The notes: generated by a model from the letters alone, not told the origin. A DNA stretch of 64,000 nucleotides from Anthoceros angustus (GCA_010909165.1 MU008156.1:248001-312000); one strand, 5' to 3'. Shown: positions 1 to 12,765, numbered from the stretch's first letter. Translations and numbers: made by a program.

Positions 1-1226
1 ACCAAGCTGCCTTCAAGAACAAAGCACCTCATCGTCCGATGATCTCCTTGAGCTTGTACATCGACCTATGTGGACCCTTATCTCAAGCGTCCATAGGAGG
101 TGGACGTTATTTTCTAACGTTCTGATGACAAGAGCGGTTGTCACCACCTATATCACGAAGAACAAAAGCGAATGTTTCTCCTACTTCAAGGAATACATCA
201 AATTCGAGCGTTGGAAAAACTCAAGACACGAGATCCGATAATGGCGGGAATTTACATCTAATGAATTCCAGTAAAAGATGAAGGCATTGGGCGCCAACTC
301 ACCGTGTATACACTCCACGTGAGAATGGAGTGGCGGGCGCTTGAACCTCACATTGCGGAGATGGTCTCCTCATTGTTACATGATGCTCATTTGCCACTAC
401 CCTCGGTGAGGCTTTGATGACTTCAACTTTTCTCGAGCAGTTACCCACCACTGCAGTTGAAGGCAAAACTCCTTATGAGGTTTTTACAGGCAGGAAGCCC
501 TCTATTCAACACTTGCGGACCTTCGGCTGTCTCGCATATGCCTTCATCCCTAAACAGAAACGCGATAAGCTGTCAGATAAGTCATGCAAGCTGCTTATGC
601 TGGGGTATACAGAGGGGATTAAAGCTTACAAGCTATATGATGTCCCTACCAATAGAGTCATCTATGCTCGGAGTGTTACATTTGATGAAACCAGTACTTG
701 GGCGTCAGTGGGAGCACACACTCATGTTCCCACACCTGAAGATAGTGAGGAAACTTATGAACTCTCTCACTATGACCTGACAGATCATGGCACTCATGCT
801 TATACTCTCCCTGTTGAGGAACATGTTCCTGCAGGAGGGGACAATCAGGCGGAGAAGAAGAACAACTTGACATTCAACGAAATGCCAGCGGATCTACAGG
901 ATCACATTCCTCAACCGGTATAGCGATCGATGATGCAACGGTGATCGATCGGGATGCTCTTGACGAGGAATTAGAGGAAGTTAATGATGTACTTCTGCGA
1001 ACTGAGCGAGCCTACTCGACATTACCCTACACGTGAACGTCGACCTCCTGACTACTATCATGCACGACTTGAGATTACCTCTTCTCATGTGAAGGCTTAT
1101 GCGCCACATTAGATCCCATAGAGCCACGGTCTTATGAGGAAGCTCTCGCAGCGAACATGGTCGGTCTGATGACTTTAAGAAATTTCGAACTTGAGAATGA
1201 AGGATGGGGACTCGGTGGAGAAGCAC
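1..1226 (+). mobile_element. Ty1/copia integrase core and linker (duplicate of about 2283-3490)
   Basis: Integrase peptides LELVHxDLCGP, KTPYEVFTGRKPSIQHLRTFGCLAYAFIPK and LGYTEGIKAYKLYD; nearly identical in sequence to 2283-3490 apart from scattered indels. Confidence 0.9.
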
Positions 1227-4200
1227 GTGAGTACCTTTAGGACCCTAGCCTCCCGGCGGTGCCTCTAAAGTTGCCATCAAGGATGATGAGATGGTGATGA
1301 GGCTCCTTCTTTCGCTTCGAGTCTTGGTCACACTTGACCTCCCACCTGTTGCTCGACACAAGCTACTGTTAGCTAAGAAGCAAGGCATAGAGATGCGAGA
1401 TGTCATTCTCACAACTTGTGAGTTCCATCGCAAGAAGAGGCAAGCGGAACTAATCACAAGAAAGCGGAAACAATCAAATCAAGGCGAGGAGGCAAGAAAT
1501 CCTTCTCCAAAGGAGGTGGTGGAAATCCTTCCAAGGGAGGTAGCTCAGTGATCCTCATCCGGGAAGAAGACTAAAAAGCCAGCACTGGCTGGTGCAAGCT
1601 GGACATTGGGAAAAGAGTGTCGCAAAAGCAAGCTGGAATTCCTCAAGGAGGGCACCAGCCAATGTTGTGGTAAAGAAGGCTAATACCCCATCAGCTCTTC
1701 TGATTGGGACTAGGGAGTTTGCTAGTCCATTCTTTCCTTCCAAAGCTAATCTGAAACCAATAGATGAATGGTATTTAGATACGGTGCTCACACACATACG
1801 CTTTGATAGAAATGCTTTCAAAACATATAGGTCTTTTCCGGATCGGTATGTTACCTTGGGGACAGTCTCTAGTCTCACATGGTCGTGGCAGTTGAGTTGC
1901 TAGTTCCTCAGGATCACACTCATGTTGTTAGAAGTCTACTATGTGCGAAATGACTAGAAACCTTATTTCGATTGAATCAGATAACAACGATCCGTTGTTT
2001 TCACTAGGACATTGTAGAATCATAGATGCTATTGACCCTAGAAAGGTCCTTGCACATGGGTCTTGGACCACGATCATTCGTCTCCATTTGCACGATGGAA
2101 TAGCGAGTCCCACGACACAAGACGTCTCCTTGCATCCGCACAACAAACAAAGTCTAAGTTGTGGCATGCACGCTTGGGTCACCCTCACATGGCAAAGCTG
2201 CAAAAATTGGGTGAGTGACTGTATCAAGATGGACCTATTGGCCCTTTGGCCATACCTTTATGTGAGGCTTGTGTGTTGTCGAAGAAACACCAAGCCTTCA
2301 AGAACAAAGCACCTCATCGTCTGATGATCTCCTTGAGCTTGTACATCGACCTATGTGGACCCTTATCTCAAGCGTCCATAGGAGGTGGACGTTATTTTCT
2401 AACGTTCTGATGACAAGAGTTGTCACCACCTATATCCGAAGAACAAAAGCGAATGTTTCTCCTACTTCAAGGAATACATCAAATTCGAGCGTTGGACAGA
2501 AAACGACTCAAGACCCGAGATCCGATAATGGCGGGAATTTACATCTAATGAATTCCAGTTACAGAAAGATGAAGGCATTGGACGCCAACTCACCGTCGTA
2601 TACACTCCACAGCAGAATGGAGTGGCAGAGCGCTTGAACCTCACATTGCAGGAGATGGTCTCCTCATTGTTACATGATGCTCATTTGCCACTACCCTACT
2701 GGGCTGAGGCTTTGATGACTTCAACTTTTCTACTGAACAGGTTACCCACCACTGCAGTTGAAGGCAAAACTCCTTATGAGGCTTTTACAGGCAGGAAGCC
2801 CTCTATTCAACACTTGAGGACCTTCGGCTGTCTCGCATATGCCTTCATCCCTAAGCGAAGCGATAAGTCGGATAAGTCATGCAAGCTGCTTATCTTTGGG
2901 GTATCTGAGAGGGATTAAAGCTTACAAGCTATATGATGTCCCTACCAATAGAGTCATCTATGCTCGAGTGTTACATTTGATGAAAGTACTTGGGCGTCGG
3001 TGGGAGCACACACTCATGTTCCCACACGAAGATAGTGAGGAAACTTTGAACTCTCTCACTGACGGATCATGGCACTCTCATACTCCTGTTGAGGAACATG
3101 CTCCTGCAGGAGGGGCAATCAGCGATGTTAGGCGAAGAACCGAACTTGACATTCAACTGCAATGCCGCCGGATCTACGGATCACATTCCTCAACCGGTAT
3201 AGCGATCGATGATGCAACGGTGATCTTGATCGAGGATGCTCGAGGAATTAGAGGAAGTTAATGATGTACTTCTGCGAACTGAGCGAGCCTACTCGTTACC
3301 CTACACGTGACGTCGACCTCCGACTACTACTATCATGCACCGGACTTGATTACCTCTTCTCATGTGAAGGCTTATGCGCCACATTAGATCCCATAGAGCC
3401 ACGTCTTATGAGGAAGCTCTCGGAGCGATCACAAGGAATGGAGAAAGGCAATCCGGTCGAATATGATTCTCTTATCGAGAATGGAACTTGGGAACTAGCA
3501 AAGTTGCCCAAGAAACTGTGTCATGTAAATGGGTCTTTAAATTGAAGGTCAAGGCGGATGGATCGTTTGATAGATACAAGGATGGATTGTTGCTAGAGGT
3601 TTCACACAAATTCCGAGTTTAGATTACCTCGAAACCTTTGCTCCTGTCGTCAAGCTTGCTACTTTTCGGACCATGTGTGCGATTGCTGCTGACAAGGACT
3701 ACGAGCTCAGGATGTTCGATGCGAAGACGGCTTTCTTGCATGGAATCCTTGATACGAGATCTACATGCAACACACAGTTATGAGGTTAACGGCAAGGAGG
3801 ATTATGCTTGCAAACTAATTAAGTGCCTCTATGGACTTAAGCGATCAATGAAATGGAATCTTTGCCTTTGGACAAGGAGTTGCGAGCTCTAGGTTTTACA
3901 AAAGTAAGGTGACTTATACGTATACATCAAGAATGATGTAATCTGTTACTGTTTATGTCGATGACCTCATCCTTGCAAGCAACACTGGACTTTATCTCTT
4001 CGATCACGAATCTGGCACAAAAATTCAAGATGTCGGACCTTGGACCTTTGCAAAGTTGCTTAGGAATACACATTCGGTATAGCAGAGAAAAAGGATCCTT
4101 ACCATGACTCAGCCCCGATATCTCTTGGAAAGTGCAGAGCAGTTAGGACTCAAAGATGCCAAACCTGCTGCAACACCTCTTCCAAGTGGTCTTAAGTTGA

Positions 4201-4936
4201 GCAAAGATATGTCGCCAGTTACACAGTCCGAGAAGGACGATATGAGAAATGTGCCATACAGGCAAGGTGTGGGCAAACTCATATATGCTGCCAACACAAC
4301 ACGACCAGAGGTAGCGTACTCGACAAGTGCTCTGTCCTAGTATCTCGAAAACCCTGGGCAGACACATTGGACTTGTGTTAAGAGAGTTTTCGATATCTGA
4401 AAGGCACACCAAACAGGGGTATTGTGTATACTCACAAAGATGGTGTGGCAGACCTCGGCGTACACCGATTCGATTATGGTGACATAGATACGAGGCCGGG
4501 AGTTATGTGGTGAGCTATCTTTGGAGGACCTATTTGTTGGTCAAGCAAAAAGCAACCAACGATTGCACTCTCAAGCACTGAGGCGAGAGTACTTACACTT
4601 GAAGGAGGTTATTTGGCTAAAGCTGCTTTGAGCTTGGCATTGAGTTGCTTGCTTGCACAAAAATTAACCGACAACCAAGGGTCAATTGCTAGCTGAAAAT
4701 CCCGTTTTCCACTCCAGGACAAAGCATGTGGCAGTGGAATACCACTGGATTAGAGAGCTACTAGCTGCAAGCATAATATCTCTGGAATACATAGCAACTC
4801 AAGAAAACCCAGCCGACATTTTCACAAAGGCTCTAGGCAGGGATCTACATGAGAAGCATGTAAAGTTTTTAGGCCTAGGTGACTCCTCAGAGTCCCTAGG
4901 TAGTAGTGCATAAAGTCAAGTCATTCTGGCAGCATT

Positions 4937-5969
4937 CTAGCTACGGCCACTGAAAGAAGAGCATTCGTCGTCGGTGTAGTCGTTGAAGTTTGTCTCATCA
5001 CGAGACTTCAAAGAATAGGAATCCCCATCGGACTCCGATTCTCCAGAATGCGAGCTGTGACTCTCCTCCTCATCTTCAGAAGGATCAGGGCTGCTATAGG
5101 AGCAGTGGTTTTTCCTCCACTCTCTCCTTGCCTGGCCTGAAATCCTGTCTTCAGATTGGAGGCTCGATTCTTCTTCCAGGCGTATGTTGGATCCTGCCAC
5201 AGACAGTGGGAGCTTAGTGTAGCATCTCACATGCACAATAATTAAAGATTGTAACGAGTATTGAAGCTGGGATCTTACTATAAGTGCTGACCACATGAAA
5301 TGGGTAAGCTCAGCAGTTTTCGACCTTGACACGTCTCATCACGGCTTTGGTACTGCCCACATAAACCCACCACGGAGGGCTGCGGATGCTTGATGGAGCC
5401 ATAAGAGACGATGAGTCTCCTTGAATAGTCTGCAGCTTAGGAAAGCTAGGCTCTTCAGGTTAGTCTCATTCTCGAAAAGCCGAAATCGGGATTAACATGG
5501 GCCTTTACTCTTGTCGCTTTGGTCCGGATGAGGCGGCGCTGCGTCACAGGTGCCCGCCCATGGGCTCACTTGCTGGCGTGGCGGCTCGCCTTGCTAGGAC
5601 CTCCTTGGTCGTGCCTCGCGGCCTTCCACGAGGGCGATTACCTTCTGGTACCCTTGCAGCTGGAGTGCTCACATCGTGAGGAACCTGAGCAGCTGTTCTA
5701 GTTGTGGTAAACCTGCCCATGCGGTCTCTAGGCTGATTTCTACGCTTGGGCGCTGGAGTCTCCGATGCAGGAGGCGAAGACATGATGCTCCTGCTTCTCG
5801 CACTCCTTAGCCACAGGATAATGAGAACTACACTCAAGCACAGGGCGTATGCTATTGTTGAGTAAGCAGCGCACCTTGGTGCAGACCACTTCACACTGGG
5901 TGTCTCCATGCTTTTATTCGCCAAGGAGCTGGGGCGTAAGCTCAGTCTATGGTACTCCGCGTGCAGCAA
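4937..5969 (-). pseudogene. Antisense accessory ORF inside the copia 3' region: basic N-terminus with AT-hook (RPRGRPRG) and acidic Ser/Asp/Glu tail; frameshifted
   Basis: ORFs 5544-5969 and 4937-5332 on the minus strand, bridged by a third frame (ENETNLKSLAFLSCRLFKETHRLLWLHQASAALRGGFMWAVPKP); lies between the RNase H stop (4913) and the PPT (6066). Confidence 0.55.
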
Positions 5970-6074
5970 CTAGGGCGTAACGAATCTGCCGCCAGACAAA
6001 CAGACCGTCAAGGGACAACACAAGGAACCCACGCGAAAGAGAAGACTGTACAAGTCATGATCAACAAGTGGGAG

Positions 6075-6330
6075 TGAAGGAATAATTATTGTTTATGTGT
6101 TGACTCATGCTAGGGTTAGGTTACCTTAGTTTAGTTAACTTATCTGATGTGTAAACTAGGTCTAGTCACCTAGTACCCTTTCGGTAGGGTTGTGACTCTT
6201 ACGAGTAGACGTAACACTTGGTATCTTAATTAGGTTGTTTTAAGCATAAGCAAGTTACTCTTTGATTTGATCTTTCAATTCAATCAACAATGTAATTGTG
6301 TTTATTAATTCAATTCACATAAAATCTTCA
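6075..6330 (+). repeat. Copia 3' LTR (256 bp)
   Basis: Follows the purine tract AAGTGGGAG (6066-6074); starts TGAAG and ends CTTCA (5-bp inverted termini); AT-rich interior. Confidence 0.85.
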
Positions 6331-6335
6331 CTTAC

Positions 6336-7900
6336 CAGTGGCTTCGTCGACATCTGTTGCGGGGACCTCAAAGTACTCTTTCCTGTCAGCCTTGGGTTTG
6401 CATGGCCGCAATGCTCCATCAGCCTCGACGCTGACAAAACAACCACCTTCAGTTACACCCTCAGCTCGAACATGCTTAGTGCCAATTGAATTGGAGATCT
6501 GGGCCTCTGAGCCATGTTTCAGCATGGGGTCTTCAAAAGATGCCGGGTCCAGGTCTTGATAAGTGCCATGGAGTCCATGCTCAGGGCCAAGCTCAGAGAC
6601 ATGAATGCGGTCTAACACAATCTGCGTCTCAAGGTTAGGAGCATGGGCAGGACCAGAAGCAAAATCATCTACAAGCAGTACCCCTTCACCATCATGAGCA
6701 AGCAAGCGCGGCTAACTATCGGCCACAAAAGATGGAGTCGGATTGTTGGGCACAACAATGTCACATTCTGCGACCATCCCAACACCAGATGTTGCAGCCG
6801 TCTTCGCCCTCCTGGTCTCCTCGCACTGTTTTGCAAGCCATTGGCTCAAACGCCCTCGCTCCTCAGTTTCTGGCGCCTGAACTGCTGGTTTTGAATAATT
6901 ATCATCAGCATGCACATACCTTGACCACTCCCCACTGTGGCATCGATGGCGTCCTCCCCATACAAAATGCTGCAGGTAGCTAGTTTTCTAGTCTCCTTGT
7001 TCGGCTCTGCGTGAAATGAGAGGGTTCTCGAAGCCATGGCCTGCTTATTCCTCGGCATCTGGTAGCATAGGTACCGATGATTGTGGTCAGGGTATGCATC
7101 GATACTCCTACAAACTCAAAGTGGCCAAATTGCAATCAACATGGAACATTGATTTAGGGTTTCAGTTTGAGGTAATTACCTCAAACTCCATACCTTAACA
7201 GGGGAATGGCTCCTCTTTAACCTTAGCGTGCATTAAAAAGCTTGCTGCTGGTCCTTATGGCATGTGCTTTGAGCCAACAGAGTCTAATGAATCGGGAAGA
7301 TCCGATTTCGAGCACTTGAAGACAGAAGCCGGAGTCTCGAGATAGAAGCCAGAGAAGCTCACGACGAGGGTACTGGCTGCTCCCACACCTCTTCATGCAT
7401 AATAAGAATGATGCGTTCGGAGCTCAGGCAACTATGCAAACAGGATCTGCCAGCCAGATTTCACGCCATATGTGCCATCTTTTTCCCCGCCAGCTACAGC
7501 TTCCTCATCGCGGAAACTAGCTTCATAACTCATCTCACTTGCAACCACATTCGCAATTAACGAGCCGTGTAAAGCCTGTTTTTGGTCAAACACTTGGATG
7601 CTTGAGTTTTGTTGAAGACAAGAGCTGATGACTTTCGCACAGCGCGAAGCGGAAATAGGAAAACATGGCTTGAGGAAATCCAGCCAGGCTGTGTGTGAAT
7701 TGCTCACGGTAGTGCTTCATCCCCTTGCTTCGTAGAAGATCTCACATTCATGTGCTTAGGGTTTGACATGTTAGAGCTGGAAGTCCTGATTGAATTTTGC
7801 GTGGCAGCTGCTGGATGTGCGTGCAACCGATTTGGTTCAGAAAGTACCATGGGATGATGTGAAGAAACTTATAGAGCAAGAATCCAAGCATGCTGCAACA
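6336..7900 (-). pseudogene. Degenerate large exon of an unidentified host gene
   Basis: ORFs 6328-6705 and 6712-6915 are in the same frame separated by one TAG; further ORF pieces run to about 7.7 kb; the exon ends at a consensus donor G|GTAAGT at 6336/6335. No family recognised. Confidence 0.35.
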
Positions 7901-7989
7901 GATAGCTAGGATAGTAGGTATTTAGAAGACGTGCAGATGCTTGCATCCAGACTTGTGGGATGATTTAGCCTAGTGCTGTTGGATGATTC

Positions 7990-8930
7990 AGCCCAGTCTT
8001 GTTGGATTTTTACTTGACCAACAAATAGACCCTCCTGCTATACTGACTTCGTGGTGTCTACGTCACATGCATAATCCGAGTCTGCGAAGACTTCAAGGTT
8101 AAGTGCTTGTCCTTTCTGGTGGCAATACTTGACACCTTGATGTGGTGTGCCATTGAGATATATGAAAACTCGTTTAACACATATCCAGTGTTCTTGTCGT
8201 GGGTTGTCCAGATACTACAAGAGGACACTTGTAGCGTTTGCAACTTTTGGACGAGTAGTGTTGGCCACATAAATTAGGGTCACCTCAGCATAAAGTGTAC
8301 CCTAGCATGAGTAGCTTTCTAGCCTTGTCTGAAAATTTCTTGCGCTTTTCCTTAGGGATAAAAGCATAGGCAAGTAGCCAAAAGTCCAAAGATGAAGTAT
8401 TGAGGGCATGTGGCCAGTGAAAGCTTCATAGGGTGTCATGCCCACAATAGAGGTGGTGGGTAACCTATTTTTGAGATAGGTTGAGGTCATAAGGGCTTCA
8501 GCCCAATAAGGCAAAGGAAGCTGAGCCTAATGAAGCAAGGAAGATGTCATCTCCTCCAGAGTCAAATTCAAATGCTCAGCCACTCCGTTCTGCTGCGGAG
8601 TATAAACAACCATAAGTTGTCTCCCAATCCCTTCTTTTGTACAATAGGCTTTGAACTTCTTCGAAGTGAATTTCTTTGGATGCATCTGGGACGCGTCTTG
8701 CTTGTTGTCCCAATGGAGGTCATCATATTGCCACCCATGAGGCCATTCGTATTGTTATATTTGCGATGGCTTGTGAAAGTATTTATATGGCTTGGAGGGA
8801 GCGTTGGTATGCTTTACGTGCAAGTTAGACGGTCAAGGCCGACTTGTACCTCATCCAAGGTGACCAAGTCTTGGTGGCAAAATTGGTGATTATTAACCCT
8901 ACGTAACGGGAATCCACCTGTGAATAGGTT
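7990..8930 (-). mobile_element. Internally deleted Ty1/copia fragment (integrase joined to RT end and RNase H start)
   Basis: PYWAEALMTSTYLKNRLPTT...TPYEAFTG integrase; then HQGVKYCHQKGQALNLEVFADSDYACDVDTTKS and GGSICWSSK, typical of the copia RT/RNase H boundary. Confidence 0.8.
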
Positions 8931-8990
8931 ATCCTAATTTGTCCAGGTTGGGCGGCAATTGGAGCGGCGGCTTCCAACGTTACTAAGTAT

Positions 8991-9273
8991 AAGGATCAAG
9001 AAGCGTGTGGAGAAAAAAGAGGGTATTCCCCCAATTCAGCAGAGGTGTGTGATGTATGCATTTTGTCTTTGTTATGTGGACATGGGCCTAGTTGATATGT
9101 AAGGGCCATTCTTGTTTTGTCTTCAGCTTTGTTTCTTACTCCAAAGAGTTGATGCGTGATGCAGACTCATCTTTGCCCGTAGGCAAGTGAATGACGAGAA
9201 AGATGCTTAAGACTACAATATTGAAGGAGGTTGTGTCCTCCACCTTGTGCTTGCATTGCGGGGAGGCAAATAA
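8991..9273 (+). pseudogene. RUB: RUB/NEDD8 ubiquitin-like pseudogene fragment (5'-truncated, 1 intron, in-frame stop)
   Basis: RIKKRVEKKEGIPPIQQ-R | GT..AG intron 9045-9164 | [34 protein letters not shown]. The EKEGIPP, YNIEGG and [10 protein letters not shown] motifs are RUB-type rather than ubiquitin. Not in the ORF track. Confidence 0.9.
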
Positions 9274-10509
9274 GATATGGAAAATTGCCAAGGTATATCA
9301 AGGTGCCTCACTACGTTGAGCTTTCATGCACTATTAACCCGTTTGGGTTTCACATGTGTCGCACGCTAACCTAGAGATAAAGGCATCACCGTGCCAAAAA
9401 GCCTACAATTCATTATTTGCTGCTTGCCAAGAGCTTTGCCTCCAAAGAAAAAAGATTGTGTGCATTGCCGATCCTGGAGAAAACGATTAGTACCGGTGGA
9501 GTCGCTATTGGCATCGTTGCCCAGCCGTTCATCATCTGGATCTCACTACGAATATCAGTGAATAAGACGACACAGAATCCGTCCGAAATAGATAAACATT
9601 TTCAAGTGTGTGAATGGTTCGTAGAATTGCCTTTGCACAATTGCAGCAATACTCTACTAGACAGAAATCTTATCTGGTGCAAATAACTAAAGATAGGTGG
9701 CCAGATCGACATCTAGCCCCATTCTAGTGCCGCTTTCGGGTGTACAAACTCCCTCTACAATTCTCTCAAAACTCAAAAGAGAGAGAGGAGAAGACCCCAG
9801 CACCTGCACACACAGCAACAACTACTCCAAAAAGATATCGACCACATGAAATTCGACGACGAACCAAAGCTCATCGATGAGTGAGCTGAAGAGCCGGCCC
9901 ATTCCTTCTCCTGTCCAAGCAGATTACGCCCTGGATCATCTGCAGCTTCAGCTCGAGGATCACCTTCACCTGTCAGTGCACATGACATGTCAACTTCCCA
10001 ACTCTGCCGCTAATATGCAGAGGGGTACCTGCAACCTGCAGGTACACAACTCAACGACAAATGTAAGACTGCCTCAAGGGGACTCGGTTCTTTCCGGTAC
10101 ACGAACTACAACTACCCATGATTTAAGTACTGTTCCTTGTTCCAGAAGCAGAGCAGCACGATGCTCCCACTTACAGCTCGCAATGCAATGCATGCCCAAT
10201 TCAATAGCAGCCTAGACTGTCCACCTGCTGCATGTTGGAAAGTAGTGCATATCATCTATAATACCTGAGACCTGCGCACATGCTCAGGCTTGAAGTCAGT
10301 AACGCAGGCAAAAGACTCCGCGATACATGAGGCATATGACCTGTGTGACACTGCTGTCCGTACTGGCCTTTTCCGAGCACAAGGAAACACTCCAGAGCTG
10401 GTTGCATCGGCAGATTACGGTGTGTTTGGACTACCTGTCTCCCTGGAAGCTAATTAGCCCTAGATATCTATGGGTGACAGGAGTGAGATACAAACCACAT
10501 TGTTCGAGA

Positions 10510-11925
10510 CTATTCGGAATAGGGCAAGGCCCCATTGGCATTTGATGGAATTGCTGAAGAGGTCTCAGCTGCAAGTCGCTCCTCCCTCTCCCGGTTCCAC
10601 TGCTCTATCTTGGCTCTTCGCTCAGCACTTCCTTCGCGGTTAGGAGACTTGTCTCTCCTTTGAGGTGGGCTACGACTTCTACTTCTGTCCCTCCTGCCCC
10701 TCCGATCATCATATCGGCGTTCATCCCTTTCCCCCCGATCCCTGTCCCTATCTTCAAATCGACGGCCAAACCCACGACCTCTGCCCCCTCTTCCCCGGCG
10801 AGGCTCAAAGAAGTCCCTGATCAGATCACCAGATCAGCATCGGGCCGACAGATGATTGCCTACAGGATGGGTGTACAGGCATTTTACATCCAACAGCATA
10901 CCTGTCCCCAAACCTACGAGGGCTTGCTGGGCCTCGTGCTTCACCACGCCCATAAGGGGAGTGGCTCCTGCTCCTGCTCCTCCTCCTGTAACTTCCAAAC
11001 AGCTTCCTTCGAAGCTCCCTGAATTGGCAAATTAAGAGCACAAGGTCAGCAGCAGGCATCTTGATCACAAGAAAAGTCATCCCAGAAGCAGATTAGGTTA
11101 CCTGGAAATCTTCTTCAAATGCATAAAGTTGCAATATCCTCCTCTGTTACAAGTATTCTCTTCATACTGCCTGCAAGTAGCCTCGCGAAAGTCTGTTACG
11201 GGAGAGAAGTCCACAATGATGGGACGCCCTGGACAAAACACTTCATGGTCAGCATGTGATCGTACGAGACAAAATGAAAGTAACTCCGCCCCCAACTGGA
11301 TGAAATGAACGAACCTGCATAGAAGCGCCCATTGAGAGCATTCAGAGCCGCCGCAGCATGTTCCTCCTCCCGAAACTTAACGTAAACATTCCCAATCTAA
11401 GAGAGTCAACCAAGGCGGACCAATTAACTTCCTGCACCTTCTAGAAAGCCCGAAACCGAGTCTACGGACCAAGGGAAAAAGGCACGTACCATGTGATCAG
11501 CGAGGTTATCGCAGACATTGAGATTTTCAATCTCCCCGTACTTGCTGAGCTCCTCAAAGATATCCTCGTAAAAATCCTACCAACAAACAACAAAACCGAG
11601 GTGAGAACATAGAGTCGCCCAAAAAACAAAGGATCAGCCAGCCAGCGAGCAGCCCTACAGCCGGGCAGCAAAAGCTAACCTCGAAGTGCTCTTGCAGCTT
11701 GCGGGGATCAGACTGCTGGATATTCCCGTGCTGATCCACTCCACCATGAAAGCCTGCATCCGGAGACTGGTACATGTTGGCCAGCAGGAGCGTCTGGCTG
11801 GCTGTCGGCCGGTTGTGCAGGCGGGAGCACCGGTCGCCGTGCCGGCAGGCACCGATCTTGAAGTAGAAAGGGCAGTTCACTCTATCCTTTTCAGTGCCAA
11901 AGATGGAGGCCAAATGCTCAGCCAT
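10510..11925 (-). CDS. U2AF35: U2 snRNP auxiliary factor small subunit U2AF35; 6 exons: 11925-11680, 11576-11490, 11396-11315, 11228-11102, 11018-10902, 10816-10510
   Basis: [37 protein letters not shown] (CCCH1); [40 protein letters not shown]; CCCH2 [19 protein letters not shown]; RS domain; C-terminal [19 protein letters not shown]. All introns are GT-AG and the phases join into one open frame. Confidence 0.96.
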
Positions 11926-12765
11926 GGCTGCTCCTTGTGCCCCGCTCTGCCTCCACCTCCGTCCTCGTCACCACAGACTGCCGACTCAAGCGCAATACAG
12001 ACTTGGATCACCTCATGCCCTCCCGACTGCAGGGATGTGCGCCCACCTCCCCGACTTCACAGTCTCGGGCACAAAGCGATCGCTAGCGCGCTCGGTCGCA
12101 CGGCGGCGTTTCCACACCGGGCTTGACCAGCTGCAGCACGCAAAAGAACCTTTCGCGCGACAGGGTTTAGGGCTATGGCCCCTCCCAATCCCAAACTCCC
12201 AAACTCTACTTCATCAAAAATATCATGTCAAGTTGGAGAGTTAGCAGAAGTTACTATCATTTTTCGTTTCCTTACTTCAGGGCACGCATGTTCATACACC
12301 TGGATACTAGATAATGCGAGGGAGAGTAACGATACTGATGAAATAAAGTAGAAAGGTGAAAATTTAAAAGAGGTAAAAAGTTAATTAGTAGTTCTTTTAT
12401 TAAAAAATATAATATGGTACGATGAAATAAAGTAGAAAGGTGAAAAGTTAAAAGAAGTAAAAAGCTAGTTATTGTTCTGTTAAGAAATGCATATGTTGCG
12501 TGCTTCATACAATCTACTATTAAGACAGGAATTGCTAGAGCCACTAATGAAGAGCTGCCTAGAGAGGACTCTTAGTGATCACCTTTGTAAGAATCCCCTG
12601 AGTTAATAACTGCTTAATTGAGGTCAGGCTGAGGGATATATAAGGGCTAGATCAAAGGCTTTGAGGACACTCACTCGTGGAGAGAGCAGGCAAGTGTGCG
12701 CTACAGAGCTGAAGAGAGCTAGCTAGTAAGCTTGTCGTGGAGTCAAGGGCAGTAGCTAGTTGGGT

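Larger units (their letters stand above)
1227..6330 (+). mobile_element. 5'-truncated Ty1/copia element: gag C-terminus and Zn knuckle, protease, GAG-pre-integrase, integrase, RT, RNase H, extra 3' region, PPT, 3' LTR
   Basis: GHWEK knuckle remnant (about 1600), EWYLDT protease (about 1770), WHARLGHPH (about 2165), YWAEALMTSTFLLNRLPT, RT LxLYVDDLIL (about 3950), RNase H ENPVFHSRTKHVAVEYHWIRE...ADIFTKAL ending at 4913. Copia domain order INT-RT-RH; many frameshifts. Confidence 0.93.

Noticed and set aside
10605-10808. Apparent frameshift in the last U2AF35 exon suggested by the ORF track
   Set aside because: Spliced translation through the G6 run at 10731-10736 stays in frame to the TAG at 10510; the listed ORF is an alternative frame.
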